Shown: positions 34,646-47,765 of the stretch, one piece after another
How positions within the stretch are numbered: the stretch's first letter is position 1
Layout of the letters: the number at the start of each line of letters is the position of its first letter
From: Candidatus Eiseniibacteriota bacterium
GTDB lineage: Bacteria > Eisenbacteria > RBG-16-71-46 > CAIMUX01 > VGJL01
DNA: 64,000 nt
Assembly: GCA_963792585.1 (NCBI GenBank)
Contig: CAWBWI010000001.1
Location: forward strand, 1,184,001-1,248,000
Direction: 5' to 3'
The notes under the pieces: generated by a model
The model's input: only the letters and a program-made list of their open reading frames with translations
What the model was told of the DNA's origin: nothing
Databases searched by the model: none
Translations under genes and position numbers: made by a program

Positions 34646-35926
34646 TCACGATCCTGACGGGACCGATCCCCCCAGGGCCTGTCGGCGGAGTTGGTCGACC
34701 CTGGTCGGGTCGATGTCGGGCTTGTCCATGTTCAAGAGCATCCAGCGCGCGGAGTCGGCCAGCTCGTCCGCGGGATAGTTCTTGAGGAAAGCTTCTCGAA
34801 TTCGGCTCGCGCACGACCGTAGTCCTTCAGATCGTCGGCGAGAGTGAATGCGAGCATGAACTGCGCCTGGGATGCCCGGGAACTGGCCGGAAAGCGTCGA
34901 ACGATCTCCTCGTACGCGGCGGCCTTCCTCTTCGGGTCCTTCTGGCTCTGCGCGGACGCGAAGAGCTCATCCTCGTCCAAAAGGCTGCGCGCGTACTTCT
35001 CGTAGTTCTCGTCGAAGACCTCCACCCCGTATTCCTTCTTCATGGTGGAGATCAATTCGCTGTAGATCTTGTTGTGCTTCTCCACCTGAGCGCGCTTCTT
35101 GATCGCCTCCTGAAGCGCCGCATCGAACGGCCGGGTTTGCTCTTCATTGCGGTCCAGCGCGACGATGACGCTCCAGCCACCGGGCGATCTGCACCGGCTG
35201 GCTCACGTCCCCCCGCTGCAGCATTCATGGCCGCCGCGTTGAAGGCTCTGGTTGCCGAGGTGCCCGGCCCCTCCGGTTGGGGTGATCCAGCCGACCATTC
35301 CGCCGATCGTTCTTCGTGACGTCGTCGATCGACGTACCGTCGCGCCAGGTCGGCCACCGCCTCGCCCTTCAAGAGCCTCTGGCGCATTGCCCGCGCCTCC
35401 GCCTCGGTCTTCACGAGCACGTGGGCCGTCTGGACTCGGGTCGGCATCCGGTACTCGGCCCTGTGGGCTTCGTAGTACTGTCTTCATCTCCTCCTCCGTC
35501 GGGATCTCCTTGTCGCGCACCTCATTCTCGATCGTGCGGTCGTTCAGGATCCAGCGCCGCGACAGCTTCCAGGTTTGCTTGTAAATCGGGATCCTTCTCG
35601 TATCCCTTCTTCTCCGCCAACGTCGACGAGGCAGAGCTCATCGACGGCATCCGGAAGACCTCGCGGTACTGGTCGACTGCGGCCTTTCCCGTCAGCCCGC
35701 TCGATCGAGCGAAACTGCTACTTGATCTTGAACTCGAGGTCACCGACCGTGAAGTTCTTTCCCGCGACCCGGGCGAGAACGAGCTCGTCGTGCTCGCTCT
35801 CCACCCGATTCTTCGAGCAGGAACCGAGTCCATAGGCGACGACGGCAACGACCAAGGTCGCCAGGACCCACACGCCGCCGCCGAGCGCGCGGCCGGGCAG
35901 CGAGTCTTCCGCTTGAGCATATGCAT
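34646..35926 (-). CDS. Parvulin-type peptidyl-prolyl isomerase with C-terminal TPR-like region (several frameshifts)
   Basis: VQTAHVLVKTEAEA, GGMVGWIT, FNAAA, YEEIVRRFPAS...AQFMLAF...DY; fragmented across frames. Confidence 0.7.
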
Positions 35927-35931
35927 CGCGG

Positions 35932-36387
35932 TTACGCGAGCCCCTCCTTCTTCACCCAGACGCGGACCTTCGCCTCGACGTCCTGGTGAAGCCTCACGTG
36001 GACGTTGTAGGCCCCAAGCGCCTTGAGCGGCTCCTCGAGGTGGATCTGGCGCTTGTCGAGCTCGAACCCGTCCGCGAGCGAGCTTCTCGGCGATGTCGCC
36101 CGCCGTGACCGACCCGAAGAGCCGATCGTCCTCGCCCGCCTGCATCAGGACGGTGACCGACACCTTGTTCAGCTTCGCCGCGAGCTTCTCGGCGGCCGCG
36201 ACGCTCACGGTCCGTGCCGGGACTTCTTGACCCTCTCGCTCTCCATGAAGACCGCGCTCCGGCGCCCGTCGCCTCGAGGGCGAGCTTGTCGGGGAGCAGG
36301 AAGTTGCGGGCGTATCCGCGCGGAGACGGCGACCTTGTCCCCGCGCCGGCCCAGCCCGTCGATTTCTTCTAGAAGAATGACCTCCAT
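35932..36387 (-). CDS. rplI: 50S ribosomal protein L9 (frameshifted)
   Basis: MEVILLEEIDGLGRRGD, YARNFLLP, RLFGSVT, IHLEEPLKALG; follows rpsR. Confidence 0.9.
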
Positions 36388-36425
36388 CGGATCCTCCGTT
36401 CAGAATTCCGTTCGCTTCGGGTTGG

Positions 36426-36665
36426 TTACTTGTACGACTCCGCCACGAAGGGAATCATGGCCAGGATCCGGGCCCGCTTCACCGCACGGGTGATTTGCGC
36501 CTGGTGCCGCGCGCAGTTGCCGGACACGCGGCGCGGCACGATCTTACCCCGATCGGTGATCGCCCTCTGCAGGCGCTTCTCGTCTTTGTAGTCCACATAT
36601 ACGACCCGGTCCACGCAGAGCTTGCATACCTTCTTGCGGGTTCCCCGGGAGTCTCCCTCGCCCAT
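36426..36665 (-). CDS. rpsR: 30S ribosomal protein S18
   Basis: KKVCKLC...VDYKD...DRGKIVPRRVSGNCARHQ...AVKRARILAMIPF. Confidence 0.95.
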   Translation of the reverse strand: MGEGDSRGTRKKVCKLCVDRVVYVDYKDEKRLQRAITDRGKIVPRRVSGNCARHQAQITRAVKRARILAMIPFVAESYK

Positions 36666-36690
36666 ACCCTCATTTCCTCCTGTCGAATGC

Positions 36691-37258
36691 CTAAAGCTGC
36701 AGGGAATCGCCTTCTTCGTTCGTCTCCGGATGGGACGCCGTTTCCTCCGGATGCTCATCGTGATGCACGGGTAGATGGTCCTCGCTCGTTCCTCCCGCGT
36801 CGACCGGCTCGGCAGGTCCCGAGTCTTCCCGGGCCTGGGGCGCTCGACGTCCGCGCCCCCCTCGGGGCGGCGCCTTCGCCGGCCGTCCGATCGGCCGCAC
36901 GGTCTTCCTCGGAGAAAGGCCCGAGAATCTGGAGCTGCTCGGCGTAGATCTCCACCGCGGTGCGCTTCTCGCCCCGGGCGGTGGTGAACGACCGGCTGCT
37001 CACATACCCCTCGACGTAGACCGCCTGGCCCTTCCGAAGCTCACGCGCCATGCGCTGGGCCGCTTCCTGCCAGGCGACAACCGTGAGGTAGGCAGCCACC
37101 TCACGCGCCCCACCGGAGCGATCGCGGAGAATCCGTCCGACCTGTACGCGAAACGAGCAGACCGCCACGCCGGAGGGCGTGAAGCGAAGCTCGGGCTCTT
37201 CTTGGGCAATTCCCGTCAGAAATACCCGGTTCATCCGCGGGTAGGTCGTGCCATCCAT
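36691..37258 (-). CDS. ssb: Single-stranded DNA-binding protein (probable frameshift in the tail)
   Basis: NRVFLTG, PELRFTPSG, VVAW, LRKGQAVYVEG; lies between rpsF and rpsR; acidic tail EEGDSLQL in the shifted frame. Confidence 0.88.
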
Positions 37259-37291
37259 TGGTGCTCCTCTCAAAAGCAGCCTTGTCAAAGG

Positions 37292-37757
37292 CTACGTCAA
37301 GTTCGATTCAGCCTCCGGCTCGGCCGTAACAGCCGGCGTCTCGGCGGGAATCGGCGCCGCCTCAGTGGCGGCCCCCGGGACCACCCCCGCCGGAGGCGCG
37401 ACACCCGCACCCTCCTGCACAGGCTGAACCCCTTCCATCTCGCGACGCGGCGGCTCCAACGACATTGCCGGACCCTGCGCAACGACGGTCAGGTGACGTA
37501 GAATGTCTTCGCGCAACCGGTACCGACGCTCCAGATCCGTGAGAACGCCCGGGCCGGACCGGAAGCGGATCAGGGTGTAGATACCCTCGTTCACCTTGCC
37601 GGATCCGTAGGCCATCTTCCTGCGGCCCCAACGATCGACGTGAACGATCTCACCGGACCCGGCCAGAATCGATCTGCCGGACCCCTTCGATCTCCTCCTC
37701 GACCCGCGCTTCCTCCGAGCTGGGGTGCAGGATGAAGACCGTTTCGTACTCTCTCAA
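37292..37757 (-). CDS. rpsF: 30S ribosomal protein S6 (frameshifted)
   Basis: TTG start, REYETVFILHP, WGRRKMAY, EGIY, LERRYRLREDILRHL. Confidence 0.9.
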
Positions 37758-37861
37758 AGGAACCCACCTTTCGGGTCTCATCGGGCGAGACCCTCGCCTG
37801 TGCGGGACCGTTGCGTCACCAGGGACCCTCCCGCTCGGGCGCCCCGGCGCATCCTTCGCTG

Positions 37862-38476
37862 TCAGCTATCGGTCGGGCCCATAGGGGCCCGCGATCCGTT
37901 CTCCTCTGGAACCACGGGATTGACGCGGTTCATCGTCTTCGTGATCCCCTCGCGGAGAATCTGCCGGACCGCCTCGACGGCCCGCGCCGTCACCCCCGCA
38001 AAGAAATCTCTCTCCGCCTCTCTCAGCGGCCGGAGCACGAAATCCGCAAGGTCCTCGTCCTCCGCCGCGCCGCCGACGCCCACCCGCAATCGCGGAAACT
38101 CCCGGGTCTCGAGCGTCTCGATCACCGAAACAAGCCCCCGGTGCCCCCCATCGCTACCCGACGGCCGAAGGCGCAACCGGCCGGCCGGCAGGGCCACGTC
38201 GTCGACGATCAGGAGCGTCTCGGCCGGCGTGAGACTGTGTCTTTCCAGACAACCGAGTACCGCGTCGCCGCTCGCGTTCATGAACGTCTGCGGCTTCAGC
38301 AGGACGACCGTGCGCCCCTCGATCTCGCCCTCGGTCTCACGCGCCTTGCCGACGCTCCGCCAGCGAGCCCTCGCAGCCGTTGCCAGCAGATCCGCCACCC
38401 AGAAACCCGCATTGTGCCGGGTCCATTCGTATCGCGGCCCCGGATTGCCGAGTCCAACACAGCAGCGAATCGACAT
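37862..38476 (-). CDS. pth: Peptidyl-tRNA hydrolase
   Basis: VGLGNPG, TRHNAGF, LKPQTFMNASG, GGHRGL, FPRLRVGVG. Confidence 0.96.
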   Translation of the reverse strand: MSIRCCVGLGNPGPRYEWTRHNAGFWVADLLATAARARWRSVGKARETEGEIEGRTVVLLKPQTFMNASGDAVLGCLERHSLTPAETLLIVDDVALPAGRLRLRPSGSDGGHRGLVSVIETLETREFPRLRVGVGGAAEDEDLADFVLRPLREAERDFFAGVTARAVEAVRQILREGITKTMNRVNPVVPEENGSRAPMGPTDS

Positions 38477-38485
38477 TGGGCGGCG

Positions 38486-39139
38486 CTAGGACTTCGAGGC
38501 GTCTCCGGACTTGGCGCCTTCCTTCGTCTCGGTCTTCTCCTCGACCTTCGCCTCGGCGGCAGGCGCTTCGACCTCGGCCGCCTTGGTGACGATGGAAAAG
38601 ACGACCCGGTCGCCCGCCGTGATGACCGTCACCCCTTCCATCGGGGGAAGGTCGCGCACGTGGAGCGTCTGACCCCGCCCATAGGGGCTGATGTCGACGT
38701 CGATCACCTCGGGAAGCTGCCCAGCCTGGCACTCGACCTCGAGTTCGCGGACGAGATGCTCCAGGACTCCGCCTTCCTTGACACCGATCGCGGTGCCCTT
38801 CAGGTGGATCGGCACGTTGACAGTCACCAACTGGGTCAACGAGACGTGCTGAAGATCGATATGGGTGATCCGGCTCGTCAGCGGGTCGCGCTGCAGGCTC
38901 TTGATGATCGTCTTGAGGTCCTGCCCCTCCCTACCCGCGATCTTCAGATCGAGGATGAAGGTTCCGCCGCCGTGCTTGCGAAGCACCGTGTCGAATTCCC
39001 TCGTGTCGATGCTGATCGGCACGCTGGGCTCGCCGCTCCCGTAGACCACGGCCGGCGTCCGTCCGGCCGCACGGGTCTGCCGGGCGCCTCCCTTTCCCTT
39101 GGCGACGCGGAGCTCGCCGTTGATTACAAACGTCTGCAT
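38486..39139 (-). CDS. rplY: 50S ribosomal protein L25/Ctc
   Basis: GKGGARQTR..G..PAVVYG, QRDP, HIDL, GVKEGG, LPEVIDVDI. Confidence 0.94.
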   Translation of the reverse strand: MQTFVINGELRVAKGKGGARQTRAAGRTPAVVYGSGEPSVPISIDTREFDTVLRKHGGGTFILDLKIAGREGQDLKTIIKSLQRDPLTSRITHIDLQHVSLTQLVTVNVPIHLKGTAIGVKEGGVLEHLVRELEVECQAGQLPEVIDVDISPYGRGQTLHVRDLPPMEGVTVITAGDRVVFSIVTKAAEVEAPAAEAKVEEKTETKEGAKSGDASKS

Positions 39140-39174
39140 CGTTCTCTTCTCCTTCGCTTACTGCCTGCGTCGCC

Positions 39175-40113
39175 CTACACGAACAGGGAACTCAGGGAAC
39201 GCTCTTCGTGAATCCTGCGAATCGCCTCGCCCAGGAGCCCGCTGACGGTCATCGTCCGAACGCTGGCCTGGCCCAGCTTCTGGACCGTCTGGGGGATCGT
39301 GTCGGTGACGACGATCTCCCGGATCGGGGCGTCTCGCATCTGCGCATCGGTGTCCTCGTTGAATGCAGCGTGGGTCGCCCCGACGAAGATCTCCCGGGCG
39401 CCGTGTTTGCGCAGCGCAATCGCCGCCCGCGCAATCGTCTTTCCCGTCGAGATCACGTCGTCGAAGATCACCACGTTCTTGTCCTTCACCTCTCCGATTA
39501 CGTTCATCACCTCCAGATCGTCGATCCGCGTCCTGCGCTTGTCGACCAGCGCCAGGGAAACACCCAGCCGCTTCGCGTACGCGCGGGCCATCTTGATGCT
39601 TCCGACGTCGGGTGCGACGACCAACAGGTCGGGAATCGCCAGATCCCGGAAATACTGGATCAGGACCGGCGCGGCGAAGAGGTGATCGAAGGGGATATCG
39701 AAGAATCCCTGGATCTGCGGAGAGTGCAGATCCATCGTCAGGATCCTGTTCGCGCCCGAGACCGTGATCAGATTCGCCACCAGCTTCGCCGTGATCGGAA
39801 CGCGCGGCTGGTCCTTGCGGTCCTGCCGGGCGTAACCGAAGTAGGGAAGGACGGCCGTCACCCGCAGGGCGCTGGCCCGGCGCGTGGCATCCATCATGAT
39901 CAGCAGTTCAAGGAGATTGTCCGAAGGCGCAAACGTCGGTTGGACGACAAAGACATCGCATCCGCGGATGTTCTCGTTGATGCGGATGTGGATCTCGCCG
40001 TCACTGAAACGGTCAACATCCGCCTCGCCCGGCTCAACGCCGAGATAGGTCGCGATGTCGCGCGCAAGCTTGGGATTCGCGTTTCCAGAAAAAACGCGAA
40101 GCGTATCGAGCAA
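39175..40113 (-). CDS. prs: Ribose-phosphate pyrophosphokinase
   Basis: FSDGE, PYFGYARQDRK, DLHSPQIQGFF, APDVG, DDVISTG; TTG start after GGAGG. Confidence 0.96.
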   Translation of the reverse strand: MLDTLRVFSGNANPKLARDIATYLGVEPGEADVDRFSDGEIHIRINENIRGCDVFVVQPTFAPSDNLLELLIMMDATRRASALRVTAVLPYFGYARQDRKDQPRVPITAKLVANLITVSGANRILTMDLHSPQIQGFFDIPFDHLFAAPVLIQYFRDLAIPDLLVVAPDVGSIKMARAYAKRLGVSLALVDKRRTRIDDLEVMNVIGEVKDKNVVIFDDVISTGKTIARAAIALRKHGAREIFVGATHAAFNEDTDAQMRDAPIREIVVTDTIPQTVQKLGQASVRTMTVSGLLGEAIRRIHEERSLSSLFV

Positions 40114-40200
40114 TGTTTCCTCCGCTTGGTCGGAACCGCCTTGCGGCGGCCCGCCCATGCAACTCCGGACCCTATCGACTTCGGGTCTCTAAAAGAGCTG

Positions 40201-40271
40201 CTGGGGCGGGAGGATTCGAACCTCCGTAACGGGATCCAAAATCCCGGGTCCTGCCATTGGACGACGCCCCA
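40201..40271 (-). tRNA. tRNA-Gln (TTG)
   Basis: TGGGGCG...CGCCCCA acceptor, anticodon arm CGGGA-TTTTGGA-TCCCG, T-loop GGTTCGAATCC. Confidence 0.95.
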
Positions 40272-40364
40272 GTGTACCCGGAAGGGCGATTCACACAAGG
40301 ACCGGCGTCCTGTCCATGGGGGTCATGCACCCTCGGTTGGACACCTGCCGTGGCAGAACTCATC

Positions 40365-40637
40365 TTATTGGACTACGGCACTCCTTTCCACTTCCAGTCG
40401 ATAGGCTTCGAGGATTTCTTCCTCGAACCACCGTCGGGTGGAGTTGTTGATCGGGTGCGCCAGATCCTGGAATGTCCCGTCCGGCTTCTTGCGACTCGGC
40501 ATCGCGACGAACAGTCCCTTGTTGCCGCGGATGATCTTCATACCCCGGATCACGAAGCAGTTGTCCAGCGTAACACTTACGAAGGCTTTGAGTTTCTCAT
40601 CGTCCCGCAGCGAGACCCTGATCTCTGTGATCTTCAT
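40365..40637 (-). CDS. spoVG: SpoVG family nucleic-acid-binding regulator
   Basis: MKITEIRV, LKAFVSVTLDNCFVI, GLFVAMPSRK, DLAHPIN. Confidence 0.95.
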   Translation of the reverse strand: MKITEIRVSLRDDEKLKAFVSVTLDNCFVIRGMKIIRGNKGLFVAMPSRKKPDGTFQDLAHPINNSTRRWFEEEILEAYRLEVERSAVVQ

Positions 40638-40744
40638 AACGGTCACCACCCCTTATGCGGCCCTCTGCCTTCCTGGCGTTGGACCTTATCGATGCGCGCT
40701 GCAACGGTGATGAACCACGAGAGACACTGATGTTTGTCCTTCTG

Positions 40745-41671
40745 CTACAACAAGTTGCTTCTGCCAGCCCCTCGAGGAACGAGGAAGTTCCACCCCCTCC
40801 CTGCAAACTGGGTCAAAATGACCCGGGACGTCTGGACCGTAGCATCCGTCAGGATCTCACGAAGCTTCGCACGATCCTCTCCGAGAACGAAGATGCTCGA
40901 CCCGCTCCCCGAAACCCTCGCAACCGATGGTCCATAAGCCAGAACCCGCCGCAGAGTTTCGTAAACTGGCGGATGATTCCGCACAACCACAGGTTCTAGG
41001 TCATTTCGGAGCCGAACCAGGCAACTCATAACCCCGGAACGAGTTGTCAAGTCGCAAGATCGGAGATTAGACAACGGTCCACGGGGTGTCAACCTCAATT
41101 TTGGGTCCCCGTAGACCGAAGCGGTAGTCACTTCAAGGTTTGGGTAGATCAGGACTACGGGAAACGTGGGGAGTGCCGGAAGGGGCCGCAACCGCTCTCC
41201 CCTTCCCTGCGCGACCTGCGTTCCGCCCCTGATGAAAAATGGAACATCGGAACCGATCGTCGCCCCGATCCTCTCCAGTTCGACCCTCTTCAGCCTGAGA
41301 TTCCATAGCCGGTTGAGTGCGACCAAGGCGGCTGCCGCGTCGCTCGACCCGCCCCCTAGACCCGCCCCGACGGGAATCGCCTTTCGCAGGGTGATCCGGA
41401 CGCCCAAATGGCATCCGGCCCACTCCCGTAGCTGACGGGCCGCCCGAAGGACCAGGTTCTCCTCTCCCTCGGGGAGGTCCGTTCCAGGGCATCGCAGGTG
41501 GAGCGCGCCCCTGGGTTCGAGGAGGAGATCGAGGCGGTCGGCGAGGGCGACCGATTGCATCAGGCTCCGGATGTCGTGATAGCCGTCGGAGCGCTTACGG
41601 ACGACCTCGAGCCCGAGATTGATCTTGGCGCGCGCCTCGATCGAGAGACGGGGCGGTTTACCCCCTGCCAT
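40745..41671 (-). CDS. ispE: 4-diphosphocytidyl-2-C-methyl-D-erythritol kinase
   Basis: AKINLGL, DGYHDI, KAIPVGAGLGGGSSDAA, IGSDVPFF, NDLE, SGSGS. Confidence 0.95.
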   Translation of the reverse strand: MAGGKPPRLSIEARAKINLGLEVVRKRSDGYHDIRSLMQSVALADRLDLLLEPRGALHLRCPGTDLPEGEENLVLRAARQLREWAGCHLGVRITLRKAIPVGAGLGGGSSDAAAALVALNRLWNLRLKRVELERIGATIGSDVPFFIRGGTQVAQGRGERLRPLPALPTFPVVLIYPNLEVTTASVYGDPKLRLTPRGPLSNLRSCDLTTRSGVMSCLVRLRNDLEPVVVRNHPPVYETLRRVLAYGPSVARVSGSGSSIFVLGEDRAKLREILTDATVQTSRVILTQFAGRGWNFLVPRGAGRSNLL

Positions 41672-42539
41672 AGAGGATCAGCAGGACGGCGCCGAGCCAG
41701 AGGACCACGTTCAGGAGGGTCGGCACGTCCGTCAAGAGGGTGTCGGAAGGAGATCCTCCCTGCAGGCGACGGAAGACCAGAAAGAGGTAGCGAAACACGC
41801 CGTATACGACAAACGGAACCGTGTAGACGAGTTGCGGCCCTCCGACCCGCTCGATGGTCCCGGGCGCAACCGTGTAGATCGAATACGAGATCACCGTCGC
41901 CGCCGTGACGACCGGGATCATCTGATCTACGAGCTCGGGCGGATAGTCCGAGAGCGTTCGCCGGTGCTGCCCCGCCTGATCCTGCAAAAGGACCCGCTCG
42001 TTGCGCCTCTTGCCCACGGCAAGGAACAGGGCGAGGAAGAAAGTGCAGAGCAGCAGCCAGGGCGACAGATCGACCGGGTTCAACAGGACGGCGACCCCCG
42101 CCACCGCACGCAGGACGAACCCGACCGAGATCGAGAGCACATCGACCATCGCGATTCGTTTGAGCAAGAGCGTGTAGAGGATATTGAGGAGCAGGTAGCC
42201 CCCTGCAACCATGGCGAACCGCGTGCCAAGCTGGATCGACAAGACGCCGCCGCCCATCAGGAGCAAGACGAGCATGGCCCACGCGGTGCCCAGGGAGATC
42301 CGTCCGGACGCGAGTGGACGATGGCGCTTCTTCGGGTGGACCCGGTCGCTCTCGACATCGATGATGTCGTTCAAGATGTAGACGACCGAAGCCAGCAGGC
42401 AGAAGGCGAGGAAACCTGCGGCCGCACGCGCGAGCGCCTGGGGATCACGCGACTCGTGGGCGAAAATCACCCCCGCGAAGAGCACGAGGTTCTTGGTCCA
42501 CTGGCGGACCCGCAACTGCTGAATGACCGCGCGGATCAT
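41658..42539 (-). CDS. UbiA-family polyprenyl-phosphate phosphoribosyltransferase-like protein
   Basis: RVRQWTKNL, YILNDIIDVESDRVHPKKRHRPLASG, GFVLR, KRRNE, TVPFVVYGVFRY. Confidence 0.88.
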   Translation of the reverse strand: MIRAVIQQLRVRQWTKNLVLFAGVIFAHESRDPQALARAAAGFLAFCLLASVVYILNDIIDVESDRVHPKKRHRPLASGRISLGTAWAMLVLLLMGGGVLSIQLGTRFAMVAGGYLLLNILYTLLLKRIAMVDVLSISVGFVLRAVAGVAVLLNPVDLSPWLLLCTFFLALFLAVGKRRNERVLLQDQAGQHRRTLSDYPPELVDQMIPVVTAATVISYSIYTVAPGTIERVGGPQLVYTVPFVVYGVFRYLFLVFRRLQGGSPSDTLLTDVPTLLNVVLWLGAVLLILYGRG

Positions 42540-43384
42540 CGGCCCCCCTTCATGTACGCGAGAAGGCCCTCCTGCCACGCCGGCAAGCGGAGACCCAGCA
42601 GGGATTCCGCCAGCGAGCCATCGAGGACGGAATAGGCCGGGCGCGGCGCGGGGCGACCCAACGCCGCGGAAGCCACCGGCTCGCAGGCGCGGACGATGCC
42701 CGCGGCCTCCAGAATCGCGCGGGCGAACTCAATCCACGTGCAGCTTCCGCCCCCGCTCAAGTGGAGGATCCCCTGCGCCCGGGAGAGCGCCGCGCACGCG
42801 ATCGCGGGTGCGAGGTGCCCTGCGAAGGTCGGCGACTGGACCTGATCGTCCACGACACGCAGCGGCGCATCCGAGCGCGCGAGCTTCAGGATCGTGTCGA
42901 CGAAATTCGCTCCCCCCGCTCCGAAGAGACTGGAGGAGCGGATCACCAGGCGATCCGGGAGGATCGCCAGCAGCGCGCGCTCGGCCTCCCGCTTGCTTCG
43001 CCCATAGACGCTCAGGGGATTCGTATTCTCGTATTCGCGGTACGGCGTCCGCGCGGACCCATCGAACACATAGTCGGTGCTCAAAACGATCACGCGGGCG
43101 GACTGCCTGCGCGCGGCGTGCGCCAGGTGGACCGTCCCTTCGGTATTCACCAGGAAGGCGTCGCGAGGGTGTTCCTCACACCGATCGACTCGCGTGTCGG
43201 CCGCGAGGTGGACGATGATCTCCGGGCGCGTTTCGTGGACGACCGCGGCGACCGTTCCCGGCCGCCCGAGATCGAACGCGTCGAGCCCGGGCGCGACGAC
43301 TTCCCCTAGGCGCTCGAGTTCCGGGCGAAGGGCCGTGCCCAGGAGTCCGCTCGCGCCGGTCAGCAGAATTCGCGGCCGCGACAT
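42536..43384 (-). CDS. rfbD: dTDP-4-dehydrorhamnose reductase
   Basis: TGASGLLG, STDYVFDG, PLSVYGRSK, VVDDQVQSPT, APRPAYS. Confidence 0.93.
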   Translation of the reverse strand: MSRPRILLTGASGLLGTALRPELERLGEVVAPGLDAFDLGRPGTVAAVVHETRPEIIVHLAADTRVDRCEEHPRDAFLVNTEGTVHLAHAARRQSARVIVLSTDYVFDGSARTPYREYENTNPLSVYGRSKREAERALLAILPDRLVIRSSSLFGAGGANFVDTILKLARSDAPLRVVDDQVQSPTFAGHLAPAIACAALSRAQGILHLSGGGSCTWIEFARAILEAAGIVRACEPVASAALGRPAPRPAYSVLDGSLAESLLGLRLPAWQEGLLAYMKGGR

Positions 43385-43389
43385 CGCGC

Positions 43390-46017
<2,628 letters not shown>

Positions 46018-46054
46018 CGATTCCAGCCCTTGTCTGCCCCTGGTTGCGAAGTCG

Positions 46055-46599
46055 TCATCCAATCCGTCTTCCGATTCCCGATGCCCCGCCGCTCGGCCGG
46101 TCGCTATCTCCTGCGGCTCGGTTCGAGGCGCGAAGGACGTGCGCGAAACCGCGCGACGCGAGACGCCGCGCAGCCGGACGCTCGCAGTCCTCCCCGGGCT
46201 CCGGGAGACAGTCGCTCGAGCACCCGGCGCGCCAGCTCCTCCTCCGGCACCTCGGCGAGGAACGTCGGTGACCGCCTCGCGGGCCGTCTCCGCGTTCGAC
46301 CCCGCTCACCGTGAGTTCCCGATCAGGAGCGGCGCGCGATCGCGGCGACCGCCGGCTGCGTCTCTCGACGTAGAGTCGAGCGTAACGCATGTCGTCGACG
46401 AGACGCTCGGCACTGGAGGCGTTCGATCGCGGGATCGATCTCCTCGCCGGCGAAACCGCTCCGGCGAAGGTAGTCGCGCACCTCTGCCGCGCACCGCTCG
46501 CGCACGGCCAGGTAGCGGCAGGCCTCTCGAAGGGATCGCGCGGCCGCTCCCGGCTCACGCGCGGGCCTGCCGGGGACGCTCAGCGGACCGGTCCTTCAT
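46055..46599 (-). CDS. recX: RecX regulatory protein (frameshifted; 3' end approximate)
   Basis: Immediately after recA with ATGA overlap; [30 protein letters not shown] fragments. Confidence 0.7.
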
Positions 46600-47695
46600 C
46601 GTTCGCCGCCGCCTTGCAGCTCCTTCGCGCGTCTGACCCCGACGGCGAGTCGGCCGCCTTGCCGGCCATCCCGCTGCTGGGCGCCTGCACGATCGGCAGC
46701 CCCAGGCGTCGCGGATCTGATTCTCGAGGCGGGTGGCCAGGGCCGCGTTCTCGCGCAGGATCTGCCGCGCGTTCTCGCGTCCCTGCCCGAGCCGCTCCTC
46801 ACCGTACGAGATCCAGGTCCCGCATCTTCTGCAGGATGCCGGCCTCGACCCCGAGGTCGATCAGCTCTCCGGTGCGCGAGATCCCCTCATCGAAGAGGAT
46901 GTCGAACTCGGCGCAACGGAACGGCGCGGCGACCTTGTTCTTCACGACCCGTACGCGGGTGCGGTTGCCGACGACCTCTTCCTTCTCCTTGATCGATGCG
47001 ATCTTGCGGATGTCGAGCCGCACCGAGGAGAAGAACTTCAGCGCGTTGCCGCCCGGCGTCGTCTCCGGATTGCCGAAGAGGATTCCGATCTTCATCCGGA
47101 TCTGGTTGATGAAGATGACGATCGTCTTGCTCTTGGAGATCGATCCCGAGAGCTTCCGCAGCGCCTGCGACATCAGGCGCGCCTGGAGGCCGACGTGCGA
47201 GTCGCCCATCTCTCCCTCGATCTCGGCGCGCGGCACCAGGGCCGCGACCGAGTCGACGACGATGATGTCGACCGCGCCGCTACGGACGAGCTGATCGGCG
47301 ATCTCGAGCGCCTCTTCCCCGGTGTCGGGCTGGCTCACATGGAGGTTGTCGATGTCGACGCCGAGCTTCTTCGCGTAGGAGGGCTGCAGCGCGTGCTCCG
47401 CGTCGATGAAAACGGCGGTCCCGCCGACCCGTTGCGCGCTCGCGATCATCGTGAGCGTCAGGGTCGTCTTGCCCGATGATTCGGGTCCGAAGATCTCCAT
47501 GACGCGGCCGCGCGGAATCCCGCCCGACGCCCAGCGCGAGATCGAGTCCCAGCGATCCGCTCGGGATCACTTCCGTCTCGACGCGGCTTCCTGCGTCCCC
47601 AGGCGCATGATCGAACCCTTGCCGAACTGCTTCTCGATCGAGGTGATCGCCAGTTCGAGGGCCTTCGCCTTCTCCTTCGAGGATTCCTCACCCAT
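46596..47695 (-). CDS. recA: Recombinase A (frameshifted)
   Basis: [66 protein letters not shown]. Confidence 0.96.
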
Positions 47696-47765
47696 CCGCG
47701 GGCTCTCCTTCCTTAGACGATGTCGACCCTGCCCGGTGCGCCGGGCGCGTGGAGGCATGCCGTGG

